A stretch of DNA of 64,000 nt from an uncultured Prevotellaceae bacterium (GTDB lineage Bacteria; Bacteroidota; Bacteroidia; Bacteroidales; Bacteroidaceae), in NCBI GenBank assembly GCA_949299545.1, contig CASGAM010000020.1:56432-120431 (forward strand), in the 5' to 3' direction. The position numbers and the translations under genes are program-made. Shown piece after piece: positions 49,331-60,080 of this stretch (position 1 is the stretch's first letter; each line of letters opens with the position of its first letter). Under the pieces are notes generated by a model. The model made no database searches. It saw nothing but the letters and a program-made list of their open reading frames with translations, and had not been told where the DNA came from.

Positions 49331-51928
49331 ATGAGAAGGCGTCTTTTTCTTATTATCTGTGTATTTCTTGCTATCGGTTTGGCTGCTCCTGTAGAAGTGG
49401 CTGCGGCTTCGTCGGAAATGAATCTCCAACTGTTCCGGCGGAAGAAAGACAAGTCGAAAAGCGAGGAAACGGTTTCCGATTATGAAAAACTCACGGGCAG
49501 GGACTCCGTTGTGGTAAACGGCGTGATGAATATCCTGCAAAAGGAAGGCAGTTTTTATATGGAAATTCCTGTCAGACTGTTCGGAAGGGAATTTCTTGTA
49601 ACCAACCGTTTGCAGAAGGTTCCCAAGGAACTGAATGAAGCCGGCGTCAACAAAGGCATCAATTATGAGAACCAGACGATACGCTTTGAGTGGTATGGCG
49701 GACACAAGGATGTACTGATCCGCCGTCAGTATCTGACGCCGGAGGTGTCTGAAAGCGACGCGCTGTACGGTTCGGTGCGTGACAATTACATCGACCCCGC
49801 CATTGCCCGTCTGAAGGTAGAGGCGATGGCGCCCGACTCCAGTACGGTCGTGGTTAAGGTGGATGAACTTTTCAATGGAAAGAAGAACTGCATCAACGAT
49901 GTGTTCAACCTCATCAATTTAGGCACGTCTGCGGACTCGGAATTGTCGCGTATCATAGACATCAAGGCTTTCGACGGAAATGTGACGGCGCTGTCGGAAC
50001 TGACAACGGTGGTGCATGAAGGTATGAGCAAAGTAAATATCTCTGTAGAGGTCAGTTCTTCGCTGACGCTGTTGCCCGAAGAACCCATGCCCGGACGCGA
50101 GGAGACAAACCGTGTGGGATATTTTACGACCCGTCGCATCGTGTATTCGGACCGGCAGCAGGAGTTGGAAACAAAAGACTATATTACCCGCTGGCGTTTG
50201 GAGCCGAAGGATAAAGAGGCTTATCTGCGCGGCGAGCTGTCGGAACCGGTCAAGCCGATAGTCTTTTATATTGACCCGGCTATGCCGGCACACCTGCAAC
50301 CGTATATCAAGAAAGGCATCCTCGACTGGAATGCCGCTTTCGAGAAGGCCGGGTTCCGGAACGCGGTGCAGGTGGCGGATTATACGGACAGTTTGGCTGC
50401 CGAAGGTGACGACATGAAATATTCCGTTTTGACATACGCCGCTTCGGACAAGGCCAATGCGATGGGGCCTTCTGTCATCGACCCCCGTACGGGAGAGATT
50501 CTGGAAGCCGATATCATCTGGTGGCATAACGTACAGTCCCTGCTCAAAGAGTGGATCGTCGTGCAGACATCTGCCGTTAATCCTGCGGCACGGACAACCT
50601 TGCTGCCGGACAGCCTGATAGGTGATGCCGCGAGGTTTGTGGCATGCCATGAGGTGGGGCATTCCCTGGGGTTGCGGCATAACATGCGGGCTTCCAATGC
50701 TTATCCGACAGATTCTCTCCGTTCGGCAACATTTACCGACAGGGTCGGCGGAACCTCTGCGTCCATCATGGATTATGCACGTTTCAATTATGTGGCCCAG
50801 CCGGGCGACGGCGTGAAGGTGCTTTCGCCCCATATCGGACCGTATGACCTGATGGCGATAGAATGGGGATACCGGTGGTTTGACGATGAAAAGAAAGAAG
50901 AGGCATGGCTCATTGATTTTTTGCAGAAGCATACGGACAAGGTGTACCGTTACAGCGAGACGCAGTCGTCGCGTGATGCGGTCGATCCCCGTGCGTTGAG
51001 TGAAGACTTGGGCGACGATGCCGTCAAGTCGGCGCGTTATGGAATCGCCAACCTGAAACGCATCGTCCCGAATATCATTGCGTGGACGACGACGGGTAAG
51101 CCCGGTCAGACGTATGAGGAGGCCGCCGAGTTATACAAAGGCGTGGTTTTCCAGTGGGGGCTTTATCTGTATCACGTTATGGCCAATGTCGGCGGTATCT
51201 ATCTGGAAAATACGTATGTGGGAGATGGCGAGAAGACATTCACCTTTGTAGAGAAAGAACGTCAGAAAGAAGCTGTCGAGTTCTTATTGGGAGAAGTTCT
51301 TTGCTATCCCGACTGGCTTTTTAATACGGAACTGTCCGACTATACTTATGTGTTGAAGGAGACGCCGGTGGGCGTATTGGAGCAGACCCCCAACCTGTTG
51401 CTGAAGAACCAGCAGAATTATGTGTTATGGGATTTGTTGTCAAACGACCGTATGATGCGTATGTTTGAGAATGAGTTCCATAACGGCAAGGAGAAGGCAT
51501 TTACGGCCGTGGAGATGATGGACATGCTGCATCGCAGCATCTTTGCACAAACATTGAAAGGAGCCACGACGGACGTCATGAGCCGTAATTTGCAGAAAGC
51601 GTATGTGGATGCGCTGATTACGGCCGCAGCAGAGTCGGAAGGCGTGAAAATCAACAAGAGCCTGTATGAGAATCCCCTGTGGCAGCATCGTCCGGGGCTG
51701 CTGTGCGGCTGTCATGAAGAACTGAGTTTGGGCAGCGCGCCCCGCAATATAGACATGTATGGCAAACAGGTGAACCGTACGAGTGACGCCATCAGTGTGA
51801 AACGCGGAGAGCTGATTCGTATCTTGAATCTGTTAAAGTCCAAACGTGCGACCGGTGACACCGCAACCCGTTTCCATTACGAGGATTTGATGTTGCGTAT
51901 CCAAACCGCTTTGGGATTAAACAAATAA
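49331..51928 (+). CDS. Zinc-dependent metalloprotease (EcxA-like, DUF5117/DUF4953, metzincin)
   Basis: Signal peptide; RWRLEP, KPIVFYID, DPRTGEILEAD, HEVGHSLGLRHN, Met-turn SIMDY. Confidence 0.92.
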   Translation: MRRRLFLIICVFLAIGLAAPVEVAAASSEMNLQLFRRKKDKSKSEETVSDYEKLTGRDSVVVNGVMNILQKEGSFYMEIPVRLFGREFLVTNRLQKVPKELNEAGVNKGINYENQTIRFEWYGGHKDVLIRRQYLTPEVSESDALYGSVRDNYIDPAIARLKVEAMAPDSSTVVVKVDELFNGKKNCINDVFNLINLGTSADSELSRIIDIKAFDGNVTALSELTTVVHEGMSKVNISVEVSSSLTLLPEEPMPGREETNRVGYFTTRRIVYSDRQQELETKDYITRWRLEPKDKEAYLRGELSEPVKPIVFYIDPAMPAHLQPYIKKGILDWNAAFEKAGFRNAVQVADYTDSLAAEGDDMKYSVLTYAASDKANAMGPSVIDPRTGEILEADIIWWHNVQSLLKEWIVVQTSAVNPAARTTLLPDSLIGDAARFVACHEVGHSLGLRHNMRASNAYPTDSLRSATFTDRVGGTSASIMDYARFNYVAQPGDGVKVLSPHIGPYDLMAIEWGYRWFDDEKKEEAWLIDFLQKHTDKVYRYSETQSSRDAVDPRALSEDLGDDAVKSARYGIANLKRIVPNIIAWTTTGKPGQTYEEAAELYKGVVFQWGLYLYHVMANVGGIYLENTYVGDGEKTFTFVEKERQKEAVEFLLGEVLCYPDWLFNTELSDYTYVLKETPVGVLEQTPNLLLKNQQNYVLWDLLSNDRMMRMFENEFHNGKEKAFTAVEMMDMLHRSIFAQTLKGATTDVMSRNLQKAYVDALITAAAESEGVKINKSLYENPLWQHRPGLLCGCHEELSLGSAPRNIDMYGKQVNRTSDAISVKRGELIRILNLLKSKRATGDTATRFHYEDLMLRIQTALGLNK

Positions 51929-51941
51929 GGAGTAGTCGAAG

Positions 51942-54900
51942 ATGGGAAATATGCAACAGACAAAGGGACTTCACTTGAGAACATGGATGATGGCTTTGTG
52001 CCTTCTCACCGTTTTGCAGGTATCGGCGCAAACGCGCCGGATTACAGGCGTGGTGCTTGATGGTGAGTATGGTAATGAGCCGCTTCCGGGCGCGACGGTT
52101 ACCTATGGTGCCGGGAATGAAAAGAAAGGGACGACAACTGATGTCAACGGAGAGTTTTCTTTGGATGTGGACGCCGGTACGACAAGGCTTGAGGTGAGGT
52201 ATATCGGTTACCGTCCCTATTTTATCGAGTTGAGCGGCAGCACCCGTTACAGGGTTGTTCTTAATGCTGAAACCAAGGAGATAGACGAGGTCGTCGTGAC
52301 CGGTTATCAGAAGATAGACCGGCGTAAGCTCACCGCAGCTGTCACGACCATTCAAATATCCGACGAAACGGTCGGTGCGGTGAAAAACATAGACCAGGCG
52401 CTTGCCGGACAGATTCCGGGATTGGCCGCGGTGACGACCTCGGGCGCACCGGGCGCGCCGATGAAGATACGCATTCGCGGTACGGCCTCCCTCAACGGTA
52501 CGGTGGAGCCTTTGTGGGTACTTGACGGTATTCCGTTGGAAGGGACGGAAATACCTAATATGGAGGACTTGAAAGATATTGATAATATTTACCAGACTTC
52601 CATTGCCGGCGTCAATCCTTCGGATATAGAGTCTATAACGGTGCTGAAAGATGCTGCGGCGACGGCCATCTACGGAGCGCGTGCCGCCAATGGCGTTATC
52701 GTGATAACAACCAAAAAAGGAAAAAGCGGCAAACCGCAAATCAATTTTTCGACGAAGCTGACCTACAGTCCCAATATCAGCATCGACCGCCTGAATTTGT
52801 TGAATTCCGAGGAAAAGGTCGCACTTGAGCTGGATTTGCTGCGTTCTGACTTCACGTTCCGTGAGAACAAGGGGGATGTGGCGAGAATCATTTCAGCAAT
52901 GGGATTGACAAATGCTTATAAGTCGGGCGGTTGGGATGCCCTGACGCCGGAAGCGCAGGCGGCCATCAACGAGTTGCGTTCCGTCAATACGGATTGGAAC
53001 GACATCTTGTTCCGTGACGTTTTCAACCAGGAGTATAATGTCAGCCTGTCCGGCGGTGACGAGAAAGCCACTTATTATACTTCGATAGGATATTACAAGG
53101 AACAGGGAAATGTGACGGGTGTTGAGAACAACCGTTTCAATCTGACCCTGAAAACAGACTATCAGGTGAACAGCCGTCTCCGTCTGGGAGCGTCCGTTTT
53201 TGCCAACCAGCGCGAGCAGCAAAGTTACATGACCGATTTCAACGGTTTTACGAATCCGGTTTATTATTCGCGGCTGGCAAATCCTTACATGCGTCCTTAT
53301 GATGAAAACGGCAATTATGTCTATGATGTCAATGTGCAGGGCGGCAAGGAAGATTCATCGCTCGATTTCAATATCTTCGAGGAACGTGCCAACACGTCCA
53401 ATGTGCGGACAGACCGCTCGCTCATGGCTTTGTTCGACGGCGAGCTGAAGATTACCGATGCCCTGAAAGTGACCTCGCAGTTCGGCTTGCAGGTAGATGC
53501 CGCCACCATCGAGAAATATGCCGGCGAGAACAGTTTTGCCATGCGTAAGGAACACGAACGGGCGACGTTTACGGTCAATGGTGTGAAAAGCAGTATTTTG
53601 CCCGACGGCGGCATGCACAAGGTGAATGAAAACCACGACTTCCAGTGGACATGGAAGACCATGGCTGAATATCAGAAGGTGTTCAAGAGCATTCATGCCA
53701 TGGATTTGATGGCAGGCGTGGAATTGCGCCATACGACAGCCAGCACTCTCTACACGGCGGCGTATGGGTATGACAACCGCACGCTGACTTCCCTGCCGGT
53801 TATCTTCCCGAATGAGAATATGGCCGAGAATTTTCCGCTGTATACGGAAACGTTTGCGGAGAATGCGTTTGTGTCATGGTTCGCCACGGCCGCGTATACG
53901 TTCAGGCACCGTTACACGTTGGGCGGAAGCATCCGCTTTGACGGTTCCGATATCTTCGGCGTGGCCAAGAAATACCGGTATCTGCCTTTGTATTCGGTCA
54001 GTGGCTTGTGGCGTGTGAAAGAAGAGACGTTCCTCAAGGAAGTGGACGCCATCAACCTGTTGAACCTGCGTGCTTCATACGGTTTGCAGGGCAATATTGA
54101 CAAGAACACCTCGCCTTATCTCATCGGTATTTATGATAAGGTAACCATTCTGCCGGGGACGTCGGAGGACGAAATCGAGGCCGGGACGGCGCCGAATCCT
54201 TCGTTGCGGTGGGAGAAAACCCAGAATGTGAATGTCGGTCTTGATTTTACTTTTCTGCGCAATGCTGTTACCTTGAACGTGGACTATTATTTCCGGCACA
54301 GTTCCGACCTGATAGGCATGAAGATGCTGCCGCTCGAGAGCGGTTTCTCATCATCTACCATCAATTGGGCCAGCATGGAGAACGAAGGTGTGGAAGTGGC
54401 TTTGGGTACACGCAATGTCAAGACCAGAAACTTCTCGTGGTATACCAATATCAACATGGGCTTCAACAGGAACAAGGTGTTGCGGGAGACAGTCGCAGAA
54501 AATGCCACTTACCCCAGTCGCGAAGGTTATCCCGTCGGTGCGATATTTGCCTACAAGACGGCCGGGCTTGATGAAGACGGTTATCCTTTGTTCCTTACCA
54601 AAAACGGAGAAAAGGTGACGGCTACCGAATTCCTTCAGCTGAACCGCTTCGGCGCCAGTACGTTAACGGCAGAAGAACAGCGGAACCTTTATACTTACAT
54701 GGGTTCTACCGACCCGAAGGTTTCTGGCGGTTTCATCAACAACTTTGAATATAAGAACTGGCAGCTCAACATCAATTTCATTTTCAATCTGGGCATGAAA
54801 GTACGGGTTACGCCGAGCTATTCGCCGACCAATTTCGACCGTGGGTTGAATACCAACCGCGACATTCTGAACCGATGGACGGCGGACAATACCAATACTG

Positions 54901-55220
54901 TTTATCCGAAACTGATGGTGAGTTCGGAGCGACCTGCAGAATATATCCAGTATTCCGAGTACAACCTGTACAATTACCTTGACCTGTGGGTGAGGAACTG
55001 CAGTTACATGCGCCTCCAGAGTTTGCGTCTGGGCTACAAACTGCCTTCCGAATGGCTTAAACCGATTGGCATTGCCAGCGCTTCTCTGTCATTGGAGGGC
55101 AGGAACCTTTTCGTGATTGCCGGTGACTATGAGAATTATCTCGACCCGGAGACGATGGGAAACCCATACGCGCAGCCGGTGGCAAAAAGCATTATCTTCG
55201 GCCTGAATATTAATTTCTAA
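51942..55220 (+). CDS. susC: SusC/RagA family TonB-dependent transporter
   Basis: EVVVTGYQ, IRIRG, ITVLKDAAATAIYGARAANGVIVITTK, NPSLRWEKT, C-terminal GLNINF. Confidence 0.96.
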   Translation: MGNMQQTKGLHLRTWMMALCLLTVLQVSAQTRRITGVVLDGEYGNEPLPGATVTYGAGNEKKGTTTDVNGEFSLDVDAGTTRLEVRYIGYRPYFIELSGSTRYRVVLNAETKEIDEVVVTGYQKIDRRKLTAAVTTIQISDETVGAVKNIDQALAGQIPGLAAVTTSGAPGAPMKIRIRGTASLNGTVEPLWVLDGIPLEGTEIPNMEDLKDIDNIYQTSIAGVNPSDIESITVLKDAAATAIYGARAANGVIVITTKKGKSGKPQINFSTKLTYSPNISIDRLNLLNSEEKVALELDLLRSDFTFRENKGDVARIISAMGLTNAYKSGGWDALTPEAQAAINELRSVNTDWNDILFRDVFNQEYNVSLSGGDEKATYYTSIGYYKEQGNVTGVENNRFNLTLKTDYQVNSRLRLGASVFANQREQQSYMTDFNGFTNPVYYSRLANPYMRPYDENGNYVYDVNVQGGKEDSSLDFNIFEERANTSNVRTDRSLMALFDGELKITDALKVTSQFGLQVDAATIEKYAGENSFAMRKEHERATFTVNGVKSSILPDGGMHKVNENHDFQWTWKTMAEYQKVFKSIHAMDLMAGVELRHTTASTLYTAAYGYDNRTLTSLPVIFPNENMAENFPLYTETFAENAFVSWFATAAYTFRHRYTLGGSIRFDGSDIFGVAKKYRYLPLYSVSGLWRVKEETFLKEVDAINLLNLRASYGLQGNIDKNTSPYLIGIYDKVTILPGTSEDEIEAGTAPNPSLRWEKTQNVNVGLDFTFLRNAVTLNVDYYFRHSSDLIGMKMLPLESGFSSSTINWASMENEGVEVALGTRNVKTRNFSWYTNINMGFNRNKVLRETVAENATYPSREGYPVGAIFAYKTAGLDEDGYPLFLTKNGEKVTATEFLQLNRFGASTLTAEEQRNLYTYMGSTDPKVSGGFINNFEYKNWQLNINFIFNLGMKVRVTPSYSPTNFDRGLNTNRDILNRWTADNTNTVYPKLMVSSERPAEYIQYSEYNLYNYLDLWVRNCSYMRLQSLRLGYKLPSEWLKPIGIASASLSLEGRNLFVIAGDYENYLDPETMGNPYAQPVAKSIIFGLNINF

Positions 55221-55230
55221 AAATGTACTT

Positions 55231-56712
55231 ATGAATATCAAACATATACTATCCTGTAAGAAGATATTGAGGTTGCACCGGGCGGTGTTCCCGGGAAGCG
55301 TCCGGAAGGCTTTTTTATTAGTGGTTACTGGCCTTTTGGTGACGGGGACGATGTCATCCTGCAATGATTTTCTGGATATACAGCCCATCGGTAAGGTGAT
55401 TCCGGAAACCGGAAAGGAATATCGGGCTTTGCTGACAAGCGCGTATAACGAGGTGGGAAATGCCCGTGCGCTGACAACGTTCCGCAGTGATGAAATCACG
55501 TTGGACAAGGCTTCTACCAGTTCGGAGGATTACAATGCCTTTTTTGATATATGGGCATGGAACGACCTCGATCAGCAGGAGACGACCACGACTTTTCCGT
55601 GGCGTACCATGTATCACGTGCTTTATATCGCCAACTATATCGTGGAACATCAGAATGGCATCACGGAAGCCACGACTGCCGAAATCCGCCAGATGGTGGG
55701 AGAGTGCTATATGCTCCGCGCTTACATGCACTTCCTGCTCGTCAATCTCTATGGCGAGCCTTACACGGCATGCAATCCGGATATTACGAAAGCCGTTCCG
55801 CTGAAACTCGACAGTGATGTAGATAAGGTGCTGACAAAGAACACGGTCGGTGAAGTCTACCGGCAGATACTTGACGACATCCGAATGGCGCAGGATTATC
55901 TCAATGTAGAACAATGGGAGGCCGGCTATACCTATCGTTTCAATACGTTGTCGGCCGTTGCTTTGAAGGCGCGTGTGGAATTGTATATGGGAAACTGGCA
56001 GGAGGCGCTCGACGCGGCGGCGGAAGTCGTGGAGCGGCATGGCGCGCTAGTGGATTTTAACCAGACATCCATGTTGTTGCCGGACCATTACCAGTCGGTG
56101 GAGGCCATCGTTTCGTTGGAACAGACCATGCCGGCGACCTACAAGACCGCCGGGCGGCCCTCGAATGAACTGATAGCCGCCTACAAATCGGGTGACCAGC
56201 GTAAGAGCAAGTATTACAAACAGGTGACCGCCAGCGTGAGTGAGCTGACAAAAGGCGGTTCGAACGAATACAGTTGTACATTCAGGAGCGGGGAGTTTTA
56301 TCTTACTGCGGCTGAGGCTGCGCTCCAGTTAAGCATGTCTTATGGCGCAGAGGCGGCGGAAAGTGAAGACGGCAGCGCCTTGCAGGAGGCTGCCGCTGAA
56401 ATGCAGGACTCGTGCCTGGTGTATCTTACGGCATTAATGAAGATGCGTTACCATTCGGCAATGTATCCCGTTTATGAAACGCAGGTTATGGAAATGGAGG
56501 CGCCGGCCCTGTTGCAGGAGATTTATGACGAACGTCGCCGTGAATTGGCTTTTGAGGGACATCGCTGGTTCGACTTGCGGCGTACCACGCGTCCGGCCCT
56601 GACAAAGACTTATGACGGGCAGACTTACACTCTTGAGGAGAATGACAGTCGGTACACACTGCGTTTGCCCGCGGAGGCGATAGCTGCCAATCCGGGATTG
56701 GCTGCCGAATAA
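55231..56712 (+). CDS. susD: SusD/RagB family lipoprotein
   Basis: Lipobox MSSC-NDFLDIQP, LRAYMHFLLVNLYG, ERRRELAFEGHRWFDLRR. Confidence 0.95.
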   Translation: MNIKHILSCKKILRLHRAVFPGSVRKAFLLVVTGLLVTGTMSSCNDFLDIQPIGKVIPETGKEYRALLTSAYNEVGNARALTTFRSDEITLDKASTSSEDYNAFFDIWAWNDLDQQETTTTFPWRTMYHVLYIANYIVEHQNGITEATTAEIRQMVGECYMLRAYMHFLLVNLYGEPYTACNPDITKAVPLKLDSDVDKVLTKNTVGEVYRQILDDIRMAQDYLNVEQWEAGYTYRFNTLSAVALKARVELYMGNWQEALDAAAEVVERHGALVDFNQTSMLLPDHYQSVEAIVSLEQTMPATYKTAGRPSNELIAAYKSGDQRKSKYYKQVTASVSELTKGGSNEYSCTFRSGEFYLTAAEAALQLSMSYGAEAAESEDGSALQEAAAEMQDSCLVYLTALMKMRYHSAMYPVYETQVMEMEAPALLQEIYDERRRELAFEGHRWFDLRRTTRPALTKTYDGQTYTLEENDSRYTLRLPAEAIAANPGLAAE

Positions 56713-56813
56713 ACGGTGCTGTTATACTGTTGAACGGATGAGAAAACAAAAACCGTCTTTGAACGGTTGATGAGAGTATAATTTATTTACTAACCAACAA
56801 AAAATGTAAGAGT

Positions 56814-58460
56814 ATGAAGAAAACGTTACTAATGATTGCAGCGTGCGGCGTCCTGACCGCAGCGCAGGCACAAACGGATGTGGTGGTATGGAGCGATGCC
56901 TTTACGACCGTTGCTGCCACGGAAGATGTCAATTACAAGGCTCCCGTAGCGGTTGCTGCCGACGGCTCCACTTATGTTACGGGTAACTTTACGCAGGCTT
57001 TTGCTTTCGGGACAACTTTCCTTGAGAACATTGCCAACAGTGCGTATCTGGCAAAGTATAATGCTGCCGGTGAGAAACAATGGGCGGTAGCTTTGAAAGG
57101 GGCAGTCACGATCAAGGCCATCGATACCGATGCAAATGGCAATGTCTATATTGCAGGTGTTTTTGCAGACATAGTAGAAGTGGGCAGTACGGGTGAAACG
57201 GAGACCATCAACGGTATGGCAGATGAAACGGAACAGGTTTCCGGCTTTATTGCCGCTTACAATGCAGACGGCCAACTGTTGAAGGTCAAAACGATTATTC
57301 CGGAGACGGATGCCGATGTGTTAGCTTCGGGGGTGTACTTTCCGATGAGTGGTGAAGTATATTTCACGATTAACCACCTTGAGGTAAGCGGGACTACGCT
57401 TTACGTATCTGCCAAATATACCGGTGACGTAACCGTTGACGGGATGAAATGGGAAGGTGAGTATTTGGATCTTTTTGGTCTTATGTATTCTGATCTTCCT
57501 TCAAACGGAATTTTGGCATTGAATGCGGAAACGCTTGACGGCGCACGTTCGATACTGCGTGTCGCTACTGCAAATTCTTTGTCTGGGAATCAGATGGGGC
57601 CAGAAACCTTAAACTTCACGGTTGACGGTGATGATGTTTATGCATCTTTTATCGGTTACGGTAGCTTGAAAGTGACGACAGCAGACAAGGAAGAAACTTT
57701 CGACCTGTCTTATGTTGAAGGAACCAATGAGCATGCAGCCTTTATAACTGCTTTCCGGAACGGTGAAACGACCATAAACGTTTACCGTGCGACACCACAT
57801 GACAAGACTGCTTCATGGAACAATATCGTGGCCATGCAGGTCGAGAACGACAAACTGTATGTCGGCGGTACCTTCATTGGAAGTCTGGGCTTCAAACCTG
57901 AGATGACAGAAACCGGTTCTGCCGATATGTTCGTGGCTTGTGTCAACACTGTCGACCTTACAGTCGACTGGGTGGCACAGAGCAATCTTGATGAAGGTGA
58001 TGCCAATCAGTTCACCGAAACGGCTACTGCGATGAGAGTGAGAGACGGCAAGGCCTATATCACCGGTTATACGGAAGAAACTGGCGAACATGTCATCCAG
58101 ACTCCGGTGACGTTTAATGTGACGGATGCCGGATTCGTGGCAGCAGCCGGTAAACTGCTAACAGGCATGGATGCCAACAGCGACCTGTGGGTCTTGGCTG
58201 GTGTTGACGGTCTGGAAACGACTTATGCGGCTTACAAGGCTGCCGACTTCACGACCATAGACAATGTTCAGGCTTCAAAAGATATAACCCGTTCAGGTGA
58301 CATCTTTACCCTTGCAACAGTCGGTAAGGTGCGTGTCTATGACATGCAGGGTCGTGTGGTGATTGCAACAGAGCCGGTCAATACGGTATCTGTGGCTGCG
58401 CTGCCGAAGGGTGTTTACATCCTGTCATCGGTTGACGGCGTTTTGAAGTTTGTCAAGTGA
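56814..58460 (+). CDS. T9SS type A cargo protein with beta-propeller (SBBP-like) repeats
   Basis: Signal peptide; AVAADGSTYVTGNF, IDTDANGNVYIAG; CTD VYDMQGRVV...LPKGVYIL...KFVK. Confidence 0.82.
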   Translation: MKKTLLMIAACGVLTAAQAQTDVVVWSDAFTTVAATEDVNYKAPVAVAADGSTYVTGNFTQAFAFGTTFLENIANSAYLAKYNAAGEKQWAVALKGAVTIKAIDTDANGNVYIAGVFADIVEVGSTGETETINGMADETEQVSGFIAAYNADGQLLKVKTIIPETDADVLASGVYFPMSGEVYFTINHLEVSGTTLYVSAKYTGDVTVDGMKWEGEYLDLFGLMYSDLPSNGILALNAETLDGARSILRVATANSLSGNQMGPETLNFTVDGDDVYASFIGYGSLKVTTADKEETFDLSYVEGTNEHAAFITAFRNGETTINVYRATPHDKTASWNNIVAMQVENDKLYVGGTFIGSLGFKPEMTETGSADMFVACVNTVDLTVDWVAQSNLDEGDANQFTETATAMRVRDGKAYITGYTEETGEHVIQTPVTFNVTDAGFVAAAGKLLTGMDANSDLWVLAGVDGLETTYAAYKAADFTTIDNVQASKDITRSGDIFTLATVGKVRVYDMQGRVVIATEPVNTVSVAALPKGVYILSSVDGVLKFVK

Positions 58461-58561
58461 TGAAATCCGTCAAGGTATAGTTTTTATGATAGCTTTGTAG
58501 ATATGCAATCTCACTAATCAGGACCTAGACGGTTTTTTGAACTAGAGTTGAAAAATAATAA

Positions 58562-58600
58562 TCGGGCAGGAGTAACATATTAAATGTTCTTCCTGCCCGA
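58562..58600. terminator. Terminator between convergent operons
   Basis: TCGGGCAGGA ... TCCTGCCCGA with an inner AACAT/ATGTT pair. Confidence 0.75.
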
Positions 58601-58623
58601 AAATTTATCCTTATATTGAAACT

Positions 58624-60078
58624 TTACCGTTTATCCCGAAAGTTCCATTTGGAGTTGTCGCTGTTCATGTCGAACTCCCCTAATGATGGGGTACTGTCGG
58701 CGATGGAGAGCAGTACCAGTTCTTTGTCTGAGCCCGGAACCTGTTTGGGCATGATGCGGTAAGTACCGTCAATCAGCTGTTCGATGCGCCACAGTTGCTC
58801 GGGGGCTCCGGTAAATTCCGGAACAGTTATTACTTCTGCGTTGGCAGTTGCAGCCAATGCGCGGTTGGTGCCTTCTATAACGATTTTATAATACGACCCG
58901 CCTAAATAACCGCCGGCTTCTGGAACGGCCGTGATGGTCCATCGCTGGTGTGGGCGGAACATGTAGTCGCCGATTCTCACGCCGATGTTTCCCGTTGGCC
59001 ATGTACCGATAACGTCTGTCAGGGTCTGCGGTTTCAAGGGAACTATAGGCTCATTGCTCTGTCCCCAGAAACGCTGTCTGTTACCTTGCATGCGTACGAA
59101 ATCGACTGCCAGCTCAAGGGCATAGCCGCGACGTTCCGATTCAATTTCGTAAGTGCCTTCTTTGAAGATCTCGCCGGCAACCGGCCAACCGTCACGCCAG
59201 AGCAAAGGGAGAATGCCTAAGACACTGCGGCCTCCGCGTTGGAAGTCCGCTTCAAAATGGCAGGACATCTTTTCCACACCGTCAGCAACGATGTATCGGC
59301 CGAAATGTCCGGGGCCAACAAGGCCGTATCTGGCTGCAAGCACCATTTTTCCACCGCCTTCAAGCATCTTGCGTCCCATATTGTCGACGTATGGTCCGGT
59401 GACTTTACGCGAGCGTCCGACAACGATGTTGTATGTTGAGTTGGGACCGTCGCAGCAGGTGCCGTGCGTTCCGAGCAAATAGTACCATCCGTCACGGTAG
59501 ATGAGGTCGGTAGCCTCGCAGTCGATGGCTATGTCGATAGGCTCGTTACCTTCTTTCCGGTAGCCGGTTTCAGGGTCGAGTTCCACCAAACGGATAAAAC
59601 CGAAATAGGTTCCGTATGACAGCCAAAGCCGGCCATCGGTCGGATCGAGCAAGAGTCCCGCATCAATGGCGTCGCAGTCTTCATCTTCCTCTGAAGAGGC
59701 TACCACAACCGGCTCGGTATATTTGAAGTCGGGTGAAGACGGGTCTAACGTTTTGTTCCACATGGTCAGCACCTGTCCGCTATGGCCGCCTCCGAGTCCG
59801 CCTCCGGTGGCACTATATGCAATCAGATATCTGTCACCTATTTTCAAGGCGTCGGGAGCAGCGCCTCCGCCCGGTCTGACAGCTCCGCCGTGCCAGCTCC
59901 ATCCGTCGTCGGAGATGAGGCCTCCGCCTCCTGTTCCGAATGTATAATATTTACCGTCGCATTCCATGATGGTTGACGGGTCGTGGATATATGGTTCGCC
60001 AGTTTGTGCAAGGGCGCCGGTGGCTCCCCATACAGATAACAGGGCTGGCAAACTTAGAATTTTACAAAGTGTTTTCAT
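58624..60078 (-). CDS. GH43 (arabinanase-like) with C-terminal ricin-type lectin domain
   Basis: IHDPS, AAPD, DAIDAG, LSYGTY, CEA, GPGH; tail with QRW/QLW motifs. Confidence 0.88.
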   Translation of the reverse strand: MKTLCKILSLPALLSVWGATGALAQTGEPYIHDPSTIMECDGKYYTFGTGGGGLISDDGWSWHGGAVRPGGGAAPDALKIGDRYLIAYSATGGGLGGGHSGQVLTMWNKTLDPSSPDFKYTEPVVVASSEEDEDCDAIDAGLLLDPTDGRLWLSYGTYFGFIRLVELDPETGYRKEGNEPIDIAIDCEATDLIYRDGWYYLLGTHGTCCDGPNSTYNIVVGRSRKVTGPYVDNMGRKMLEGGGKMVLAARYGLVGPGHFGRYIVADGVEKMSCHFEADFQRGGRSVLGILPLLWRDGWPVAGEIFKEGTYEIESERRGYALELAVDFVRMQGNRQRFWGQSNEPIVPLKPQTLTDVIGTWPTGNIGVRIGDYMFRPHQRWTITAVPEAGGYLGGSYYKIVIEGTNRALAATANAEVITVPEFTGAPEQLWRIEQLIDGTYRIMPKQVPGSDKELVLLSIADSTPSLGEFDMNSDNSKWNFRDKR

Positions 60079-60080
60079 GA

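Noticed and set aside
49919-52739. Long antisense ORFs (337 aa, 315 aa) and similar shadows throughout the window
   Set aside because: They lie opposite well-supported genes in GC-richer sequence and have no recognisable motifs.
47000-60000. Higher GC than the left part of the window, as a sign of a horizontally acquired island
   Set aside because: Neighbouring core genes (purC, phoH) look similarly GC-rich, the change appears gradual, and no integrase, tRNA or att site is present. Not quantified.
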